DNA from: Opitutales bacterium
GTDB lineage: Bacteria; Verrucomicrobiota; Verrucomicrobiia; Opitutales; PNEW01
Assembly (NCBI GenBank): GCA_963692525.1
Contig: OY829953.1
Coordinates: 2,539,604 to 2,603,603 of the forward strand
Direction of reading: 5' to 3'
Length of the DNA: 64,000 bases
Shown here in pieces: positions 1 to 11,106 of this stretch; the first letter of the stretch is position 1; every line of letters begins with the position of its first letter. The notes beneath the pieces are model-generated. The model saw only the letters and a list, made by a program, of their open reading frames with translations. It had not been told where the DNA came from and did not search any database. A program made the position numbers and the translations under genes.

Positions 1-1
1 T

Positions 2-1900
2 CTCTCGTCATTCCGAGAGGGGCTGACCGTGCTGGAATACTTTATATCCACACACGGAGCGCGAAAAGGTTTGGCTGATACGGCTCTTAAAACAGCTGAT
101 GCAGGTTATCTCACACGGAAGCTATGTGATGTGGCGATGGATGTTATTATTACCTGTGACGACGACGGGAACCGCGATGGTATCATTAAGACAGCAATCT
201 ATGAAGGTGATGATGAGATCGTCAGTCTTCACGATCGTATCGTCGGTCGTTGTTCCTCTGAAGATATTTTTAATCCTTCCGACGTTGATGATCTCGTCGT
301 AGGTAACGGTGTTTTAATAACCGATGAAATGGCGCATAGGATTGAAGAGTTGGGTATTGAAAGGGTGAAAATTATGAGTCCGCTTACCCATACCCGACGA
401 TCCAGCCTTCCTGGCCAAGCTTACGGCATCAATCCGGCAACTAATTCATTGGTTAATATTGGTACCGCCGTAGGTATTATCGCAGCACAATCCATTGGAG
501 AACCTGGTACTCAGCTTACGATGCGAACCTTCCATATTGGTGGGATTGCCAGTCAGATATCTAAGAGTAATATAATCCAAGTTCGCAATGCTGGTACCGT
601 CAAATACCGAAGTCTGCGCATGGTCCAGGTAAATGAGGGAGTTAATGTAGTCATCAATAAGACGGGCGGAATTCTCATTTTCGATGATAACGGTAGGGAA
701 TTTGAAAATTATAATATCCCTGCCGGTGCGGTAATTTCCGTAGAAGATGGTGGTAAAATCAACAAAAATGACACCCTGGCTCAATGGGATCCACATAATG
801 TGCCCATCCTTTCAGAGAAAGGTGGTGTGATTGGTTTCAAAGACATGATACCAGGAGTCACGGTCAAGAGAGAACTCGACCCCGCCACCGGTCAGATAGC
901 CACGGTTGTCATTGAGCATAAAGAAGATTTAAGCCCGCAGATCGAGATTTACGAAGCCAAAGAAAGCAGTGGATCAGAAAAAGCTGCAGCGACCGCTAAG
1001 AAAGGTAAGCTCTTATCCACCTACTCGATACCCACGAGTGCACAGATTCAGGTTAATGAGAATGATATTATAACACCTGGATCTCTTCTCGCTAAAACTC
1101 CTCGTCAGGCTTCAAAGACTCAGGATATCACGGGCGGTTTGCCACGTGTAGCCGAGCTATTTGAAGCACGCCGACCCAAAGAAGCCGCCGAAATGGCTAA
1201 AATTGATGGTATTGTTTCGATGGATGGAATGGTCCGCGGTAAGAAAAAATTAATCGTCACGAATGAGGAATCGGAACTTGCTGAGGAACATCTTATACCT
1301 CATAGCAAGCACATCGTGGTCCAGCCTGGTGACCTTGTATATAAAGGTCAGCATATTACTGAAGGTGCTGCTGATCCCCACGAAATTCTTGAAATCCTCG
1401 GGCCCAATGCCGTGCAAGAATACCTAATGAGCGAAATTCAGAAAGTCTATCGCTTACAAGGTGTTTCGATTAATGATAAGCACATTGAATTGATAATCAG
1501 CCAGATGTTGCGAAAAGTGCGTATCAATGATCCCGGGGACAGTGATTTCTTCTGGGGTGAACAGGTAGATAAAGATTCATTTATGGAGGACAACGAACGC
1601 ATCATCGATGCGGGAGGAAAACCTGCTGAAGGTGAACCCGTTTTACTGGGAATTACTAAATCTTCGATTGAAACGGAAAGCTTTATTTCCGCTGCTTCTT
1701 TCCAGGAGACGACTCGTGTTCTTACCGATGCCGCAACCTTGGGTAAGGTAGATCACCTGAATGGCTTTAAAGAAAACGTGATTATGGGTCATCTCATTCC
1801 TGCGGGAACGGGCTTACCCTTATATCGTCGCTTGCGTATTAATACCTTGGCACCAGAATTACTCGAGAGTGAAACGGTGGAGAAGGAAGAAGCCGGTTGA
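2..1900 (+). CDS. rpoC: DNA-directed RNA polymerase beta' subunit, C-terminal ~630 aa (5' end lies outside the window)
   Basis: Frame is open from position 2. Translation reads [41 protein letters not shown]... and ...[18 protein letters not shown], typical RpoC C-terminal motifs. The M at 29 in the ORF track is an internal GTG (Val). Confidence 0.95.
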   Translation, partial: LSSFREGLTVLEYFISTHGARKGLADTALKTADAGYLTRKLCDVAMDVIITCDDDGNRDGIIKTAIYEGDDEIVSLHDRIVGRCSSEDIFNPSDVDDLVVGNGVLITDEMAHRIEELGIERVKIMSPLTHTRRSSLPGQAYGINPATNSLVNIGTAVGIIAAQSIGEPGTQLTMRTFHIGGIASQISKSNIIQVRNAGTVKYRSLRMVQVNEGVNVVINKTGGILIFDDNGREFENYNIPAGAVISVEDGGKINKNDTLAQWDPHNVPILSEKGGVIGFKDMIPGVTVKRELDPATGQIATVVIEHKEDLSPQIEIYEAKESSGSEKAAATAKKGKLLSTYSIPTSAQIQVNENDIITPGSLLAKTPRQASKTQDITGGLPRVAELFEARRPKEAAEMAKIDGIVSMDGMVRGKKKLIVTNEESELAEEHLIPHSKHIVVQPGDLVYKGQHITEGAADPHEILEILGPNAVQEYLMSEIQKVYRLQGVSINDKHIELIISQMLRKVRINDPGDSDFFWGEQVDKDSFMEDNERIIDAGGKPAEGEPVLLGITKSSIETESFISAASFQETTRVLTDAATLGKVDHLNGFKENVIMGHLIPAGTGLPLYRRLRINTLAPELLESETVEKEEAG

Positions 1901-1941
1901 TATAATCCAAAGGCTTGAGGTAAAAAGTTTAAATTATGGGA

Positions 1942-1962
1942 TTGTTTCCATCCAGGAAACAA
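1942..1962 (+). terminator. Short hairpin downstream of rpoC (possible weak terminator or processing site)
   Basis: TTGTTTCC (1942-1949), loop ATCCA, GGAAACAA (1955-1962): 8-bp perfect stem. No U-tract follows, so this is not a canonical intrinsic terminator. Confidence 0.25.
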
Positions 1963-2057
1963 AACCTGCGCTATATTAAATATATTAAAATATGTCTTGA
2001 TATAAGGGAAAGAAAGAATACCTTTTGCTCTTTCTATATTAAATTAAGCTGGTCGAC

Positions 2058-2438
2058 ATGCCTACGATCAATCAATTAGTCAAAAGTCCACGCAGGGTTG
2101 CAAAATCCAAGACAAAATCGCCCGCATTAAAAGGGAATCCTTTTAGGCGTGGGGTGTGTGTACAGGTCATGACAAGGACCCCAAAGAAGCCGAACTCGGC
2201 CATCCGAAAAGTGGCGAAAGTGCGGTTGACGAATGGAGTAGAAGTTATCGCTTACATTCCTGATGAAGGTCATAATCTACAAGAACACAATATCGTTCTT
2301 GTCCGTGGTGGGCGAATAAAGGATCTTCCCGGTGTTCGTTACCATATCGTGCGTGGTGCACTCGATTGTCTGGGCGTGGACAAACGACGACGCAGTCGCT
2401 CCAAGTACGGAGTGAAGCGGCCAAAGGCAGCTAATTAA
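2058..2438 (+). CDS. rpsL: 30S ribosomal protein S12
   Basis: 126 aa; MPTINQLVK start, [11 protein letters not shown] and [14 protein letters not shown] motifs; sits directly after rpoC. Confidence 0.97.
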   Translation: MPTINQLVKSPRRVAKSKTKSPALKGNPFRRGVCVQVMTRTPKKPNSAIRKVAKVRLTNGVEVIAYIPDEGHNLQEHNIVLVRGGRIKDLPGVRYHIVRGALDCLGVDKRRRSRSKYGVKRPKAAN

Positions 2439-2480
2439 TTAAACGCTTAATGCGTTTTTTCTGATTCCTGATATTTTATC

Positions 2481-2954
2481 ATGTCTCGTCGACGAAAAGC
2501 AGAGAAAAGAACCTTAATACCTGATCCCAGATACAGTAGCACTCTGGTCAGTCATCTCATCAATATTATCATGCAGGATGGAAAAAAGTCCACCGCTCAG
2601 AGGATCGTATATGGTGCCTTTGAAGGCGTTAGTGAGAAATTGGAGAAAGGTGACCCCATAGATTTATTGCTTGGTGCTCTTGAAAACGTCAGGCCTAAAC
2701 TTGAAGTTAAAAGTCGTCGTGTAGGAGGTCAAACATACCAGATTCCTATCGAAGTTACTTTTGAAAGACAACAAAGCTTGGCTTTACGTTGGATTCGTGA
2801 TGCTGCAGTTCGTAAAAAAGGCATTTCGCTGAAACAAGCGCTCGCCCAGGAAATCGTCGACGCTTATAATAATACCGGTACGGTAGTTAAGAAAAAAGAA
2901 GATGTCCATCGTATGGCACAAGCAAATCGCGCTTTTGCCCATTTACGCTGGTAG
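2481..2954 (+). CDS. rpsG: 30S ribosomal protein S7
   Basis: 157 aa; [10 protein letters not shown]...IPDPRY N-terminus and C-terminal [10 protein letters not shown] typical of S7; str operon order. Confidence 0.97.
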   Translation: MSRRRKAEKRTLIPDPRYSSTLVSHLINIIMQDGKKSTAQRIVYGAFEGVSEKLEKGDPIDLLLGALENVRPKLEVKSRRVGGQTYQIPIEVTFERQQSLALRWIRDAAVRKKGISLKQALAQEIVDAYNNTGTVVKKKEDVHRMAQANRAFAHLRW

Positions 2955-2980
2955 TGTTATCAACACTATCCTTTATCCCC

Positions 2981-5137
2981 ATGGATTTAGTCTCAGAGCT
3001 TTCTATTGCCAATTCTACCGAGCGTAATTTTCCGCTCGAATTTACGCGCAATATTGGTATCGCCGCGCACATTGATGCGGGAAAAACGACGACGACTGAA
3101 CGTATTCTTTTCTATTCAGGAGTTGTTCACCGCTTGGGTGAAGTCCACGACGGTAATACCATGACCGACTGGATGGAGCAGGAACGCGAGCGTGGAATTA
3201 CAATTACTGCAGCCGCGATATCCTGTAACTGGATGACTAAAGTCGGGCCCTTCGCTGATATCCAGCACCAAATTAATATTATTGATACTCCAGGTCACGT
3301 CGATTTTACCGCGGAAGTAGAACGATCCTTACGGGTGCTGGATGGAGCAATAGGCGTCTTCTGTGCCGTGGCCGGTGTGCAACCTCAGTCGGAAACGGTG
3401 TGGCGACAGATGGATAAGTATAAAGTTCCCCGTATTGCCTTTGTTAATAAGATGGATCGCACAGGAGCTGACTTTTACAATTGCGTTGAAGATATACGAA
3501 CAAAACTTGGCGGTAATGCGCATCCGATTTATCTACCTATTGGAGCGGAGGGAGATTTTAAGGGTCTTGTCGATCTGGTGAAAATGGAGGCATTGATCTA
3601 CGATGCTAATGATCCAACCGGAGTAACTTTTTCTTCTTGTGAAATACCCAAGGAACTAGAGGCGGAATCAGCGAAATTTCGTGATTCACTCATTGAGGCA
3701 TTAGCTGATTTTGATGATGTAATTGCAGAAAAGTATCTTGAAGGCAGTGAACTGAGCATTGAAGAGATACAACAAGCAATACGTAAAAGTACTTTAGATT
3801 TGCAGTTGCTCCCCGTCATTCCCGGAACGGCCTTTAAGAATAAGGGAGTTCAGATGCTTTTTGATATGGTCATCGATTATTTGCCGAATCCCTTGGATTT
3901 ACCTCCTGTTATCGGACACAAGGAAGATGACACAACCGTTGAGATCAGACCTGATGATAATGGAAATGTAAGGGCACTCGCTTTCAAGTTGATGACTGAT
4001 CCTTATGTCGGTAAGCTGGTTTTTATTCGCATCTACTCAGGTACACTAGCAAAGGGAAGTAGCCAATACAACCCGCGGACCAGTCGAATGGAAAGAATTA
4101 GTCGTCTCATGGTTATGAAAGCAGATCACCGGGAAGACATCGATTTTGCCTATAGTGGAGATATTTGTGCCATTATCGGGGCAAAAAATATTATTACCGG
4201 AGATACTCTTTGTGATAGAAATGATCAAGTGCGGCTAGAACCGCCAACTTTTCCCGAACCGGTTATATCCATGTCGATCGAGCCCGATAGCAAAGGCGAC
4301 CAGGAAAAATTATCCATCGCTTTGCAACGACTCGCAGCAGAAGATCCAACTTTTCAGGTATCCAGCAATCAAGAAACTGGTCAAACAATTATAGCTGGGA
4401 TGGGGGAGCTTCACTTGGAGATTATTCGCGATCGTCTATTCCGTGAATTTAAGGTGGAAGCGGATGCCGGCAAACCACAGATCGCCTATCGGGAAACGAT
4501 TAAAATCGAAGCTGAGGGTGTAGGTAAATTTATTCGTCAATCCGGAGGCCGTGGCCAATACGGGCACGCAGTGATAAAACTAGAACCCAATGAAAAAGGA
4601 AAAGGGGTTGAGGTAATCAATGAAATAGTGGGTGGGGTTATTCCCAGAGAATTTATCAAACCCACGATTGATGGTATCCATGAAGCGGCTAACAATGGAA
4701 CAGTCGCCGGCTTTCCAGTAATTGATTGGATAGCGAGAATTGTAGATGGGAGCTTTCATGAGGTTGATTCTTCGGAAATGGCATTTAAAATGGCCGGCAT
4801 TTTTGCCTTTAAGGAAGCGATGAATAAGGCGAAACCCGTCCTTCTCGAGCCGATAATGAAAGTTGAAGTCAGCACGCCCGAGGAATATCAGGGTGATATT
4901 ATGGGGGATCTTAGTCGCCGCCGCGGTCAAATCCAAGGGATGGAGACAAAAAATAATTTAATGATTATTGTATCTATTGTGCCCCTTGAAACTATGTTTG
5001 GCTATTCCACAGATATGCGATCATTGTCGAAAGGTCGCGCATCCTTTTCCATGGAGCCATCTCATTTTGATCAGGTTCCCGCCAGCCTTTTACAGAATAT
5101 TGTTGAAACCTCAGCACGTAAACCTGCAAGAAAATAG
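2981..5137 (+). CDS. fusA: Translation elongation factor G
   Basis: [21 protein letters not shown]1 motif, [13 protein letters not shown], and full EF-G domains to the C-terminus. The ORF track starts at a GTG (2954) overlapping the rpsG stop; the ATG at 2981 (MDLVSEL...) is the more likely start, but 2954 cannot be excluded. Confidence 0.93.
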   Translation: MDLVSELSIANSTERNFPLEFTRNIGIAAHIDAGKTTTTERILFYSGVVHRLGEVHDGNTMTDWMEQERERGITITAAAISCNWMTKVGPFADIQHQINIIDTPGHVDFTAEVERSLRVLDGAIGVFCAVAGVQPQSETVWRQMDKYKVPRIAFVNKMDRTGADFYNCVEDIRTKLGGNAHPIYLPIGAEGDFKGLVDLVKMEALIYDANDPTGVTFSSCEIPKELEAESAKFRDSLIEALADFDDVIAEKYLEGSELSIEEIQQAIRKSTLDLQLLPVIPGTAFKNKGVQMLFDMVIDYLPNPLDLPPVIGHKEDDTTVEIRPDDNGNVRALAFKLMTDPYVGKLVFIRIYSGTLAKGSSQYNPRTSRMERISRLMVMKADHREDIDFAYSGDICAIIGAKNIITGDTLCDRNDQVRLEPPTFPEPVISMSIEPDSKGDQEKLSIALQRLAAEDPTFQVSSNQETGQTIIAGMGELHLEIIRDRLFREFKVEADAGKPQIAYRETIKIEAEGVGKFIRQSGGRGQYGHAVIKLEPNEKGKGVEVINEIVGGVIPREFIKPTIDGIHEAANNGTVAGFPVIDWIARIVDGSFHEVDSSEMAFKMAGIFAFKEAMNKAKPVLLEPIMKVEVSTPEEYQGDIMGDLSRRRGQIQGMETKNNLMIIVSIVPLETMFGYSTDMRSLSKGRASFSMEPSHFDQVPASLLQNIVETSARKPARK

Positions 5138-5142
5138 AGACC

Positions 5143-5451
5143 ATGGCTACTCAGAGAATCCGCATTAAATTAAAAGGTTATGATTATCGGGTCATTGACC
5201 AGTCTGCCGCCGATATTATCGACACCGCAAAGCGGACCGGGGTGCGTGTTGCCGGTCCTGTGCCCTTGCCCGTTCACATTGAAAAAGTCACAGTCAATCG
5301 CTCACCCCATGTTAACAAGAAGTCTATGGATCAATTCGAGACGCGTACCCACAAACGCCTGATTGACATTATAGACCCCACGGCGCAGACGGTGGATGAG
5401 TTAAAAAAACTTAACCTTCCCGCGGGGGTTGACATTACGATAAACGTCTAA
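5143..5451 (+). CDS. rpsJ: 30S ribosomal protein S10
   Basis: 102 aa; [28 protein letters not shown] and [14 protein letters not shown] motifs. Only 5 nt after fusA, with no tuf in between. Confidence 0.96.
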   Translation: MATQRIRIKLKGYDYRVIDQSAADIIDTAKRTGVRVAGPVPLPVHIEKVTVNRSPHVNKKSMDQFETRTHKRLIDIIDPTAQTVDELKKLNLPAGVDITINV

Positions 5452-5578
5452 CAATATTTGCCCCTTTCATTTGATTTATGCGCTAATTTCCTAAGCTGAA
5501 AGCTAAATCCTCTAACGCAGGGCTATGCTAAACGGAGGCTGATCATTCGAGGTAAGCTTCCCCCTGCCACTTAGAATT

Positions 5579-6220
5579 ATGATTTATACATTAATTGGTA
5601 AAAAAGTTGGTATGACTCAGGTTTATGACGGTGAAAACCGTCTTCTTCCTGTGACTGTGGTTGAAGCTGGACCCTGTTATGTAGCTCAAGTGAAAACGTC
5701 CGATACCGATGGTTATAATGCCATCCAGATTGGTTACGGATCGAAAAGAGCCAAAAGAATTACCAAAAGTGAAGCCGGTCACTTCAAAAAAGCTGGTGTT
5801 GAAGCAAAAGCCACGCTGCGTGAAGTACGCTGTCAAGAATCGACCGAATATAAAGTCGGTGATGTATTAACCGTTTCGGGTTTCGAAGAAGGTCAAAAAG
5901 TAGATATCGTTGGGGTGACCAAGGGCAAAGGTTTTCAAGGCGTAATGAAGCGCTATAATTTTGGCGGTGGCCCTGATTCTCATGGATCTATGACTCATCG
6001 TCGAGGCGGGTCTTACGGTCAATGCCAATGGCCCGGTCGAGTTTATAAAGGTAGAAAAATGCCGGGTCATATGGGGCATGTTCGCCGAACGGTACAAAAT
6101 CTGCAAGTAGTCCGTATTATGGAAGATAAAAATGTGATCCTTCTTAAAGGCAGCCTGCCAGGTGCGAATGGAAGTCAAATTTTGATTCGAACGGCTAAAA
6201 AAACTAAAACCGCTGCTTAA
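5579..6220 (+). CDS. rplC: 50S ribosomal protein L3
   Basis: 213 aa; GKKVGMTQV, GVTKGKGFQGVMKR motifs; S10 operon order. Confidence 0.96.
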   Translation: MIYTLIGKKVGMTQVYDGENRLLPVTVVEAGPCYVAQVKTSDTDGYNAIQIGYGSKRAKRITKSEAGHFKKAGVEAKATLREVRCQESTEYKVGDVLTVSGFEEGQKVDIVGVTKGKGFQGVMKRYNFGGGPDSHGSMTHRRGGSYGQCQWPGRVYKGRKMPGHMGHVRRTVQNLQVVRIMEDKNVILLKGSLPGANGSQILIRTAKKTKTAA

Positions 6221-6238
6221 AGATTAATTTTTCTTACA

Positions 6239-6871
6239 ATGAAATTAGAAGTATATACGACTGACGGCGGGAATAGTAAGAAAAAGGAATTCGCAATTCC
6301 CGAACTTGAAGGCGATAAGGGGCTTTATGCACTTAAGCAAATTATACTCGCTTATCAGGCGAATCAGCGACAGGGATGTGCATCGACGAAAACGCGGGCT
6401 GAAGTCAGAGGTTCGGGTAAAAAACCCTGGCGCCAGAAGGGGACGGGTATGGCTCGAGCCGGCAGTCGTCGCTCTCCAATTTGGCGGGGAGGGGGCATTA
6501 CTTTCGGACCCCGTCCACGCGATTACAGCCAGCGATTAAATAAAAAAATGAAAGCTCTTGCTTTTCAGCGAGCTGTTTATGATCGAGCGACTGACGGCGA
6601 TGTTAACGTGATTGAACATATCGAAATCAGTGAACCAAAAACAAAACTTTTTAATGCGATCATCGGAAAAATAGCGCCCCAGGGAAGCGTGCTCGTCGTC
6701 GATGATAATTTTAGTGACCCGGCTAAATTAGCTGCGCGCAATATCGAACGCGTTGCAATCACTGAAGCTGATACCGTAAATGCCTTCGATTTTACACAAT
6801 ATGATAAAATCATAATAAGCAGTAAGGGCATCGAGAAAGTGTTATTTCGCGTACAAAAAGATAAATCATAA
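6239..6871 (+). CDS. rplD: 50S ribosomal protein L4
   Basis: 210 aa; GSGKKPWRQKGTGMARAGSRRSPIWRGGG motif. Confidence 0.95.
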   Translation: MKLEVYTTDGGNSKKKEFAIPELEGDKGLYALKQIILAYQANQRQGCASTKTRAEVRGSGKKPWRQKGTGMARAGSRRSPIWRGGGITFGPRPRDYSQRLNKKMKALAFQRAVYDRATDGDVNVIEHIEISEPKTKLFNAIIGKIAPQGSVLVVDDNFSDPAKLAARNIERVAITEADTVNAFDFTQYDKIIISSKGIEKVLFRVQKDKS

Positions 6872-7161
6872 TGCTCGATACTAATAACATACTGAAGGAA
6901 ATCATTATTACGGAAAAAGCGACCGCGCTTTCATCGAACGTAAACCAATACACGTTTAATGTTTTTCCTCAGGCTACACGCTCGAATGTTGCAAAGGCAG
7001 TTGAGAAGGTCTTTTCCGTAACCGTAACGAAAGTTAATATTTTAAACGTTAAACCCAAGATCAAACGAGACCGCACGCGTCATGGAAAGCTCGGTCGTAA
7101 AGGGGGAATGAAAAAAGCTATAGTCTCCCTGAAAGAGGGTGATCAACTCGAAGTAATTTAA
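6871..7161 (+). CDS. rplW: 50S ribosomal protein L23
   Basis: 96 aa; typical L23 pattern (ITEKA...NQYTFNV...KVNILN). The ATG shares 1 nt with the rplD stop. Confidence 0.93.
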   Translation: MLDTNNILKEIIITEKATALSSNVNQYTFNVFPQATRSNVAKAVEKVFSVTVTKVNILNVKPKIKRDRTRHGKLGRKGGMKKAIVSLKEGDQLEVI

Positions 7162-7181
7162 TCTTTTTATTTGTTCATCAT

Positions 7182-8024
7182 ATGACGATAATTAATAAAA
7201 GACCATTAACTCCAGGCCAACGCTTTCATGTCGCAAACAAATCCGACCTTGACAGTAAGCGTCCTGAAAAAAGGCTATCGAAGTTCCAAAAAAGGACCGG
7301 TGGGCGCAACTCCTATGGGAGAATTACATCGAGAAGACGTGGTGGTGGGCACGCTCGACTTTATCGTAAAATCGATTTTAAACGCGATAAATTAGACATT
7401 CCTGCAAAAATTCAATCTTTAGAATATGACCCCAATAGATCAGGTAATATCGCATTGCTTGTCTATGCTGACGGTGAAAAGCGTTATATCCTGGCGCCTA
7501 ATGAGGTTAAAGTGGGAGATACGCTGGTAAGCACGAAAACAAAGCTGGTATTCAATCCCGGAAACAATCTACCCCTGAAATTGATTCCACCTGCGACTAA
7601 AGTTCACGCCATAGAAATGCAGCCGGGTAAAGGTGCGCAAATCGCACGCTCGGCCGGGACGGCTGCGCAGCTTGTATCAATCGAAGATAATCGTGCTACG
7701 CTTAAAATGCCCAGTGGTGAAATTCGAATGATTCACTCAAATTGTAATGCAACCATCGGTGAAGTGGGGAACTCTGATCATAAAATAATTTCGCTTGGAA
7801 AAGCGGGACGAAATCGTTGGAAGGGCCGCCGACCGAGGGTGCGAGGTGTTGCCATGAATCCAGTTGACCACCCCATGGGTGGTGGCGAAGCAAAAACTTC
7901 AGGTGGAGGACACCCGGTTTCTCCCTGGGGACAACTTTCCAAGGGTTTTCCCACAAGACGTAAAAGAAATGCGTCGGAACGGATGATTCTTATTCGAAGA
8001 ACAGGACGTAAAGTAAAACATTAA
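7182..8024 (+). CDS. rplB: 50S ribosomal protein L2
   Basis: 280 aa; [31 protein letters not shown] motifs. Confidence 0.97.
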   Translation: MTIINKRPLTPGQRFHVANKSDLDSKRPEKRLSKFQKRTGGRNSYGRITSRRRGGGHARLYRKIDFKRDKLDIPAKIQSLEYDPNRSGNIALLVYADGEKRYILAPNEVKVGDTLVSTKTKLVFNPGNNLPLKLIPPATKVHAIEMQPGKGAQIARSAGTAAQLVSIEDNRATLKMPSGEIRMIHSNCNATIGEVGNSDHKIISLGKAGRNRWKGRRPRVRGVAMNPVDHPMGGGEAKTSGGGHPVSPWGQLSKGFPTRRKRNASERMILIRRTGRKVKH

Positions 8025-8037
8025 TACTCTTATCCCT

Positions 8038-8313
8038 ATGTCACGATCTATTAAAAAAGGTTTTTTTGTCGACCCCAGTCTCTGGAAAAAAATTGATGCC
8101 GCGCAGAAAAGTGCATCACAGAAACCTATCCGGACTTGGTCTCGGAGATCAACTGTTACTCCGGAATTTGTCGGTCTGACATTTGAGGTGCATAATGGTA
8201 AAAACTTTATAGCTGTTCACATAACCGAAAACATGGTGGGGCACAAACTCGGTGAGTTTTCTCCAACCAGAACTTTCAGATCGCATAATCCGCACACTAA
8301 GAAAGCTGTATAA
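8038..8313 (+). CDS. rpsS: 30S ribosomal protein S19
   Basis: 91 aa; [35 protein letters not shown] motifs. Confidence 0.97.
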   Translation: MSRSIKKGFFVDPSLWKKIDAAQKSASQKPIRTWSRRSTVTPEFVGLTFEVHNGKNFIAVHITENMVGHKLGEFSPTRTFRSHNPHTKKAV

Positions 8314-8344
8314 GATAATCATTGTCTAAGCCTTTAAATTTATC

Positions 8345-8689
8345 ATGGAAGTTCAAGCGCTAACTAAATACGCCCGTATGTCCCCCAAAAAAGTACGGGA
8401 TATTACCCGTGAAATCCAGGGTCGAAAAGCTAACGAAGCTCTGGATATGCTGGGGTTTATCCCTCGCAAGTCAGCGCGCCTTGTAGCCAAGACCTTACAG
8501 TCTGCTTTAGCTAATGCTGAAAATAATCATAATCTGCTATCCGACACTCTTTTTATACATCGGGCAATCGTGGAAGAGGGACCATCCCTTGGGCGTTTTA
8601 AAGCCGGTGCGCGTGGATCAGCTAAACCAAGAGAAAAACGGATGAGTCACATCCGGATTGTGCTCTCAGATAGTGAGAATAAATCGTAA
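8345..8689 (+). CDS. rplV: 50S ribosomal protein L22
   Basis: 114 aa; ARMSPKKVRDITREIQG and AGARGSAKPREKRMSHI motifs. Confidence 0.95.
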   Translation: MEVQALTKYARMSPKKVRDITREIQGRKANEALDMLGFIPRKSARLVAKTLQSALANAENNHNLLSDTLFIHRAIVEEGPSLGRFKAGARGSAKPREKRMSHIRIVLSDSENKS

Positions 8690-8698
8690 GGTATTATT

Positions 8699-9340
8699 AT
8701 GGGACAAAAAGTAAATCCAATAGGATTCCGTCTACAGGTTCGACGCGACTGGGAGTCTCGATGGTATGCTGATAAAAAAGAATTTGGCTTGCTACTGGAA
8801 GAGGATTATAAAATTCGCTCGTACCTGCATAAGAAATTAAAGTATGCTGCAGTGCCGCGTATTTTTATAGAACGTGCGAGCAACCGTATACGGCTAAAAC
8901 TTTTTACCGCTCGTCCGGGAATTGTTATTGGTCGTAAGGGTCAAGAACTGGATAAGGTTAAAGAAGACCTGCATAAATTGCTGAATAAGGAAGTATTGCT
9001 TGATATTCAGGAGGTAAAAAAGCCTGATCTCGTAGCGCAGCTCATGGCCGAGAATGTAGCTTTACAACTGGAAAGACGCATATCCTTTCGCCGGGCGATG
9101 AAAAAATCAGTGCAGACTGCTATGAGCCTCGGTGCAGAAGGTATTCGTATTCAAGTTTCGGGTCGCTTAGGGGGTTCAGATATCGCCCGAACCGAATCCC
9201 AACGCGCGGGTCGAGTTCCATTACATACTTTACGTGAAAGTATCGATTACGGATTTGCTGAATCGCGTACTGTTTATGGGGTTATCGGAGTAAAATGTTG
9301 GATATGTACTAAACCTGATGAAAATCCGTTGAGCGGGTAA
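8699..9340 (+). CDS. rpsC: 30S ribosomal protein S3
   Basis: 213 aa; MGQKVNPIGFRL start, KH-domain GIVIGRKG motif. Confidence 0.97.
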   Translation: MGQKVNPIGFRLQVRRDWESRWYADKKEFGLLLEEDYKIRSYLHKKLKYAAVPRIFIERASNRIRLKLFTARPGIVIGRKGQELDKVKEDLHKLLNKEVLLDIQEVKKPDLVAQLMAENVALQLERRISFRRAMKKSVQTAMSLGAEGIRIQVSGRLGGSDIARTESQRAGRVPLHTLRESIDYGFAESRTVYGVIGVKCWICTKPDENPLSG

Positions 9341-9350
9341 ATAAAATATT

Positions 9351-9770
9351 ATGGCTCTTATACCTTCCAGAACAAAATATCGTAAATCACAACGCGGCAG
9401 CATGAAGGGAAATGCCAAACGTGGAGATACACTCGTCTTTGGCGATTTTGGTGTTCAAAGCTTATCAACCGGATGGGTGACTTCCGAGCAAATTGAAGCC
9501 TCTCGTATTGCAGTAAATCGTAATTTAAAACGACGGGGTAAAGTATATATCCGTATTTTCCCACATAAACCCGTTTCAAGTAAACCCGCGGAAACCCGTA
9601 TGGGTAAAGGCAAAGGTGCAACTGAATTTTGGGTCGCTGTTGTTAAACCTGGCACTGTTATTTTTGAAGTATCGGGAGCCAGCTATAATGCCGCACGTGA
9701 AGCCTTGAGCCTTGCCGATGGCAAATTGCCTGTAAAATGCCGATTTATCAGCCGGGAAGAACAAGTATAA
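9351..9770 (+). CDS. rplP: 50S ribosomal protein L16
   Basis: 139 aa; [17 protein letters not shown] motifs. Confidence 0.97.
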   Translation: MALIPSRTKYRKSQRGSMKGNAKRGDTLVFGDFGVQSLSTGWVTSEQIEASRIAVNRNLKRRGKVYIRIFPHKPVSSKPAETRMGKGKGATEFWVAVVKPGTVIFEVSGASYNAAREALSLADGKLPVKCRFISREEQV

Positions 9771-9781
9771 ATTTTATAATA

Positions 9782-9985
9782 ATGAAAGCGAAAGACATCC
9801 GCGAATTGGACATCTCTGAAATTGAGAAAAAGCGTCGTGATACCAGCGATCAATTACTTCATATGAAACTTCACAAGGAGACGGGACAAGTAGAAAGCCC
9901 AAGTGAAATTCGCAATTTGCGACGTGAAATCGCTCGCCTTTCAACAATTGCTAGTGAGAAGCGAAGAACAGAAATAAAAAAATAA
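9782..9985 (+). CDS. rpmC: 50S ribosomal protein L29
   Basis: 67 aa from the ATG at 9782 (MKAKDIRELD...). The longer ORF-track start at 9737 overlaps rplP and adds non-L29 sequence. Confidence 0.9.
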   Translation: MKAKDIRELDISEIEKKRRDTSDQLLHMKLHKETGQVESPSEIRNLRREIARLSTIASEKRRTEIKK

Positions 9986-9997
9986 AATTTTATTATT

Positions 9998-10273
9998 ATG
10001 GACCCCAAATTAAGGAAGAAAAGAAAAGATATTATCGGCGTCGTTACGAGCCGATCAGGTGATAAAACAATTAAAGTTACTTATGCCTATAAAACTCCTC
10101 ACTCTCGCTATACGAAAGAGATCAAACGGGAAACGATTGTCCATTCCCACGACGAAAAAAATGAATGTGGAATAGGGGATAAAGTAGAAATAATGGAAAC
10201 ACGACCCTTGAGTAAATTGAAACGCTGGCGCGTCACCCGAGTTCTTGAAAAATCTCCCCAAGCCGGTAATTAA
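9998..10273 (+). CDS. rpsQ: 30S ribosomal protein S17
   Basis: 91 aa; GVVTSRSGDKTIKV...HDEKNECGIGDKVEIMETRPLSK pattern of S17. Confidence 0.95.
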   Translation: MDPKLRKKRKDIIGVVTSRSGDKTIKVTYAYKTPHSRYTKEIKRETIVHSHDEKNECGIGDKVEIMETRPLSKLKRWRVTRVLEKSPQAGN

Positions 10274-10309
10274 CAACGAATTTAATTTATATCTTTTATT
10301 GGATTAATC

Positions 10310-10675
10310 ATGTTACAACTATTGAGCAAACTTGACGTAGCCGACAATACGGGCGCGAAAAGCGCGAAAATGATTCGTCGACTCGGTCAATTAAAGGATA
10401 CGGCATCCGTTGGTGATATTATTGTTGTTAATATCAAGGAGAGTACCACCACAGCCACGGTTAAGAAGGGTGAAGTGGTAAGGGCTGTTGTTGTACGTAC
10501 GAAAGTTCCAATACGACGAACGGACGGCAGTTATTTGCGTTTTGATAGTAATGCTATTGTAATCCTGGATGCCGCCGGTAATCCCCGTGGCACGCGCATT
10601 TTTGGTCCTGTCGCTCGCGAATTAAGACAGAAAAACTTTATGAAAATTATTAGTCTGGCTCCAGAAGTCTTATAG
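10310..10675 (+). CDS. rplN: 50S ribosomal protein L14
   Basis: 121 aa; [40 protein letters not shown] motifs. Confidence 0.97.
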   Translation: MLQLLSKLDVADNTGAKSAKMIRRLGQLKDTASVGDIIVVNIKESTTTATVKKGEVVRAVVVRTKVPIRRTDGSYLRFDSNAIVILDAAGNPRGTRIFGPVARELRQKNFMKIISLAPEVL

Positions 10676-10676
10676 C

Positions 10677-10976
10677 ATGAAAACACGAATCAAAGCAGGA
10701 GATGAAATAAAGGTTATTGCCGGTAACAATAAAGGTGATCGTGGTAAGGTATTACAGGTCTTTCCTCGTAAAGATCGGATCCTCGTCGAGGGAATTAATA
10801 TGAAGACACGTCATCAAAAAGCAAATGGTGCTGATGGACAGAGGAATCCTGATGGTGGAATAGTGAAGCGCGAGGCTCCATTTCATATCTCTAATGTGAT
10901 GAAAGTCGAACAAAGCGAGAGTGAACCTCTTAGTAAAGAGACTGCTAAAAAAAGTAAGAAAAAAGCTAAAAAGTAA
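10677..10976 (+). CDS. rplX: 50S ribosomal protein L24
   Basis: 99 aa; KOW motif IKAGDEIKVIAGNNKGDRGKV; short Lys-rich tail. Confidence 0.94.
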   Translation: MKTRIKAGDEIKVIAGNNKGDRGKVLQVFPRKDRILVEGINMKTRHQKANGADGQRNPDGGIVKREAPFHISNVMKVEQSESEPLSKETAKKSKKKAKK

Positions 10977-11106
10977 TAATTCATATTCTCATTAATCTTT
11001 TACGAAAATTTTTACCCATAATTATCTTGAAACTAGATTTGTCACCTGAACAATCATGCATTCTTTGCAATATTTAATCCTCTTAACTCGAGCCGCGAGG
11101 TAAGCG

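Noticed and set aside
99-796. ORFs 99-302 (+) and 446-796 (-) inside the rpoC region
   Set aside because: They lie in alternative or antisense frames of a clearly conserved RpoC coding sequence, and their composition (Cys/Trp/Ile-rich, no motifs) is typical of shadow ORFs.
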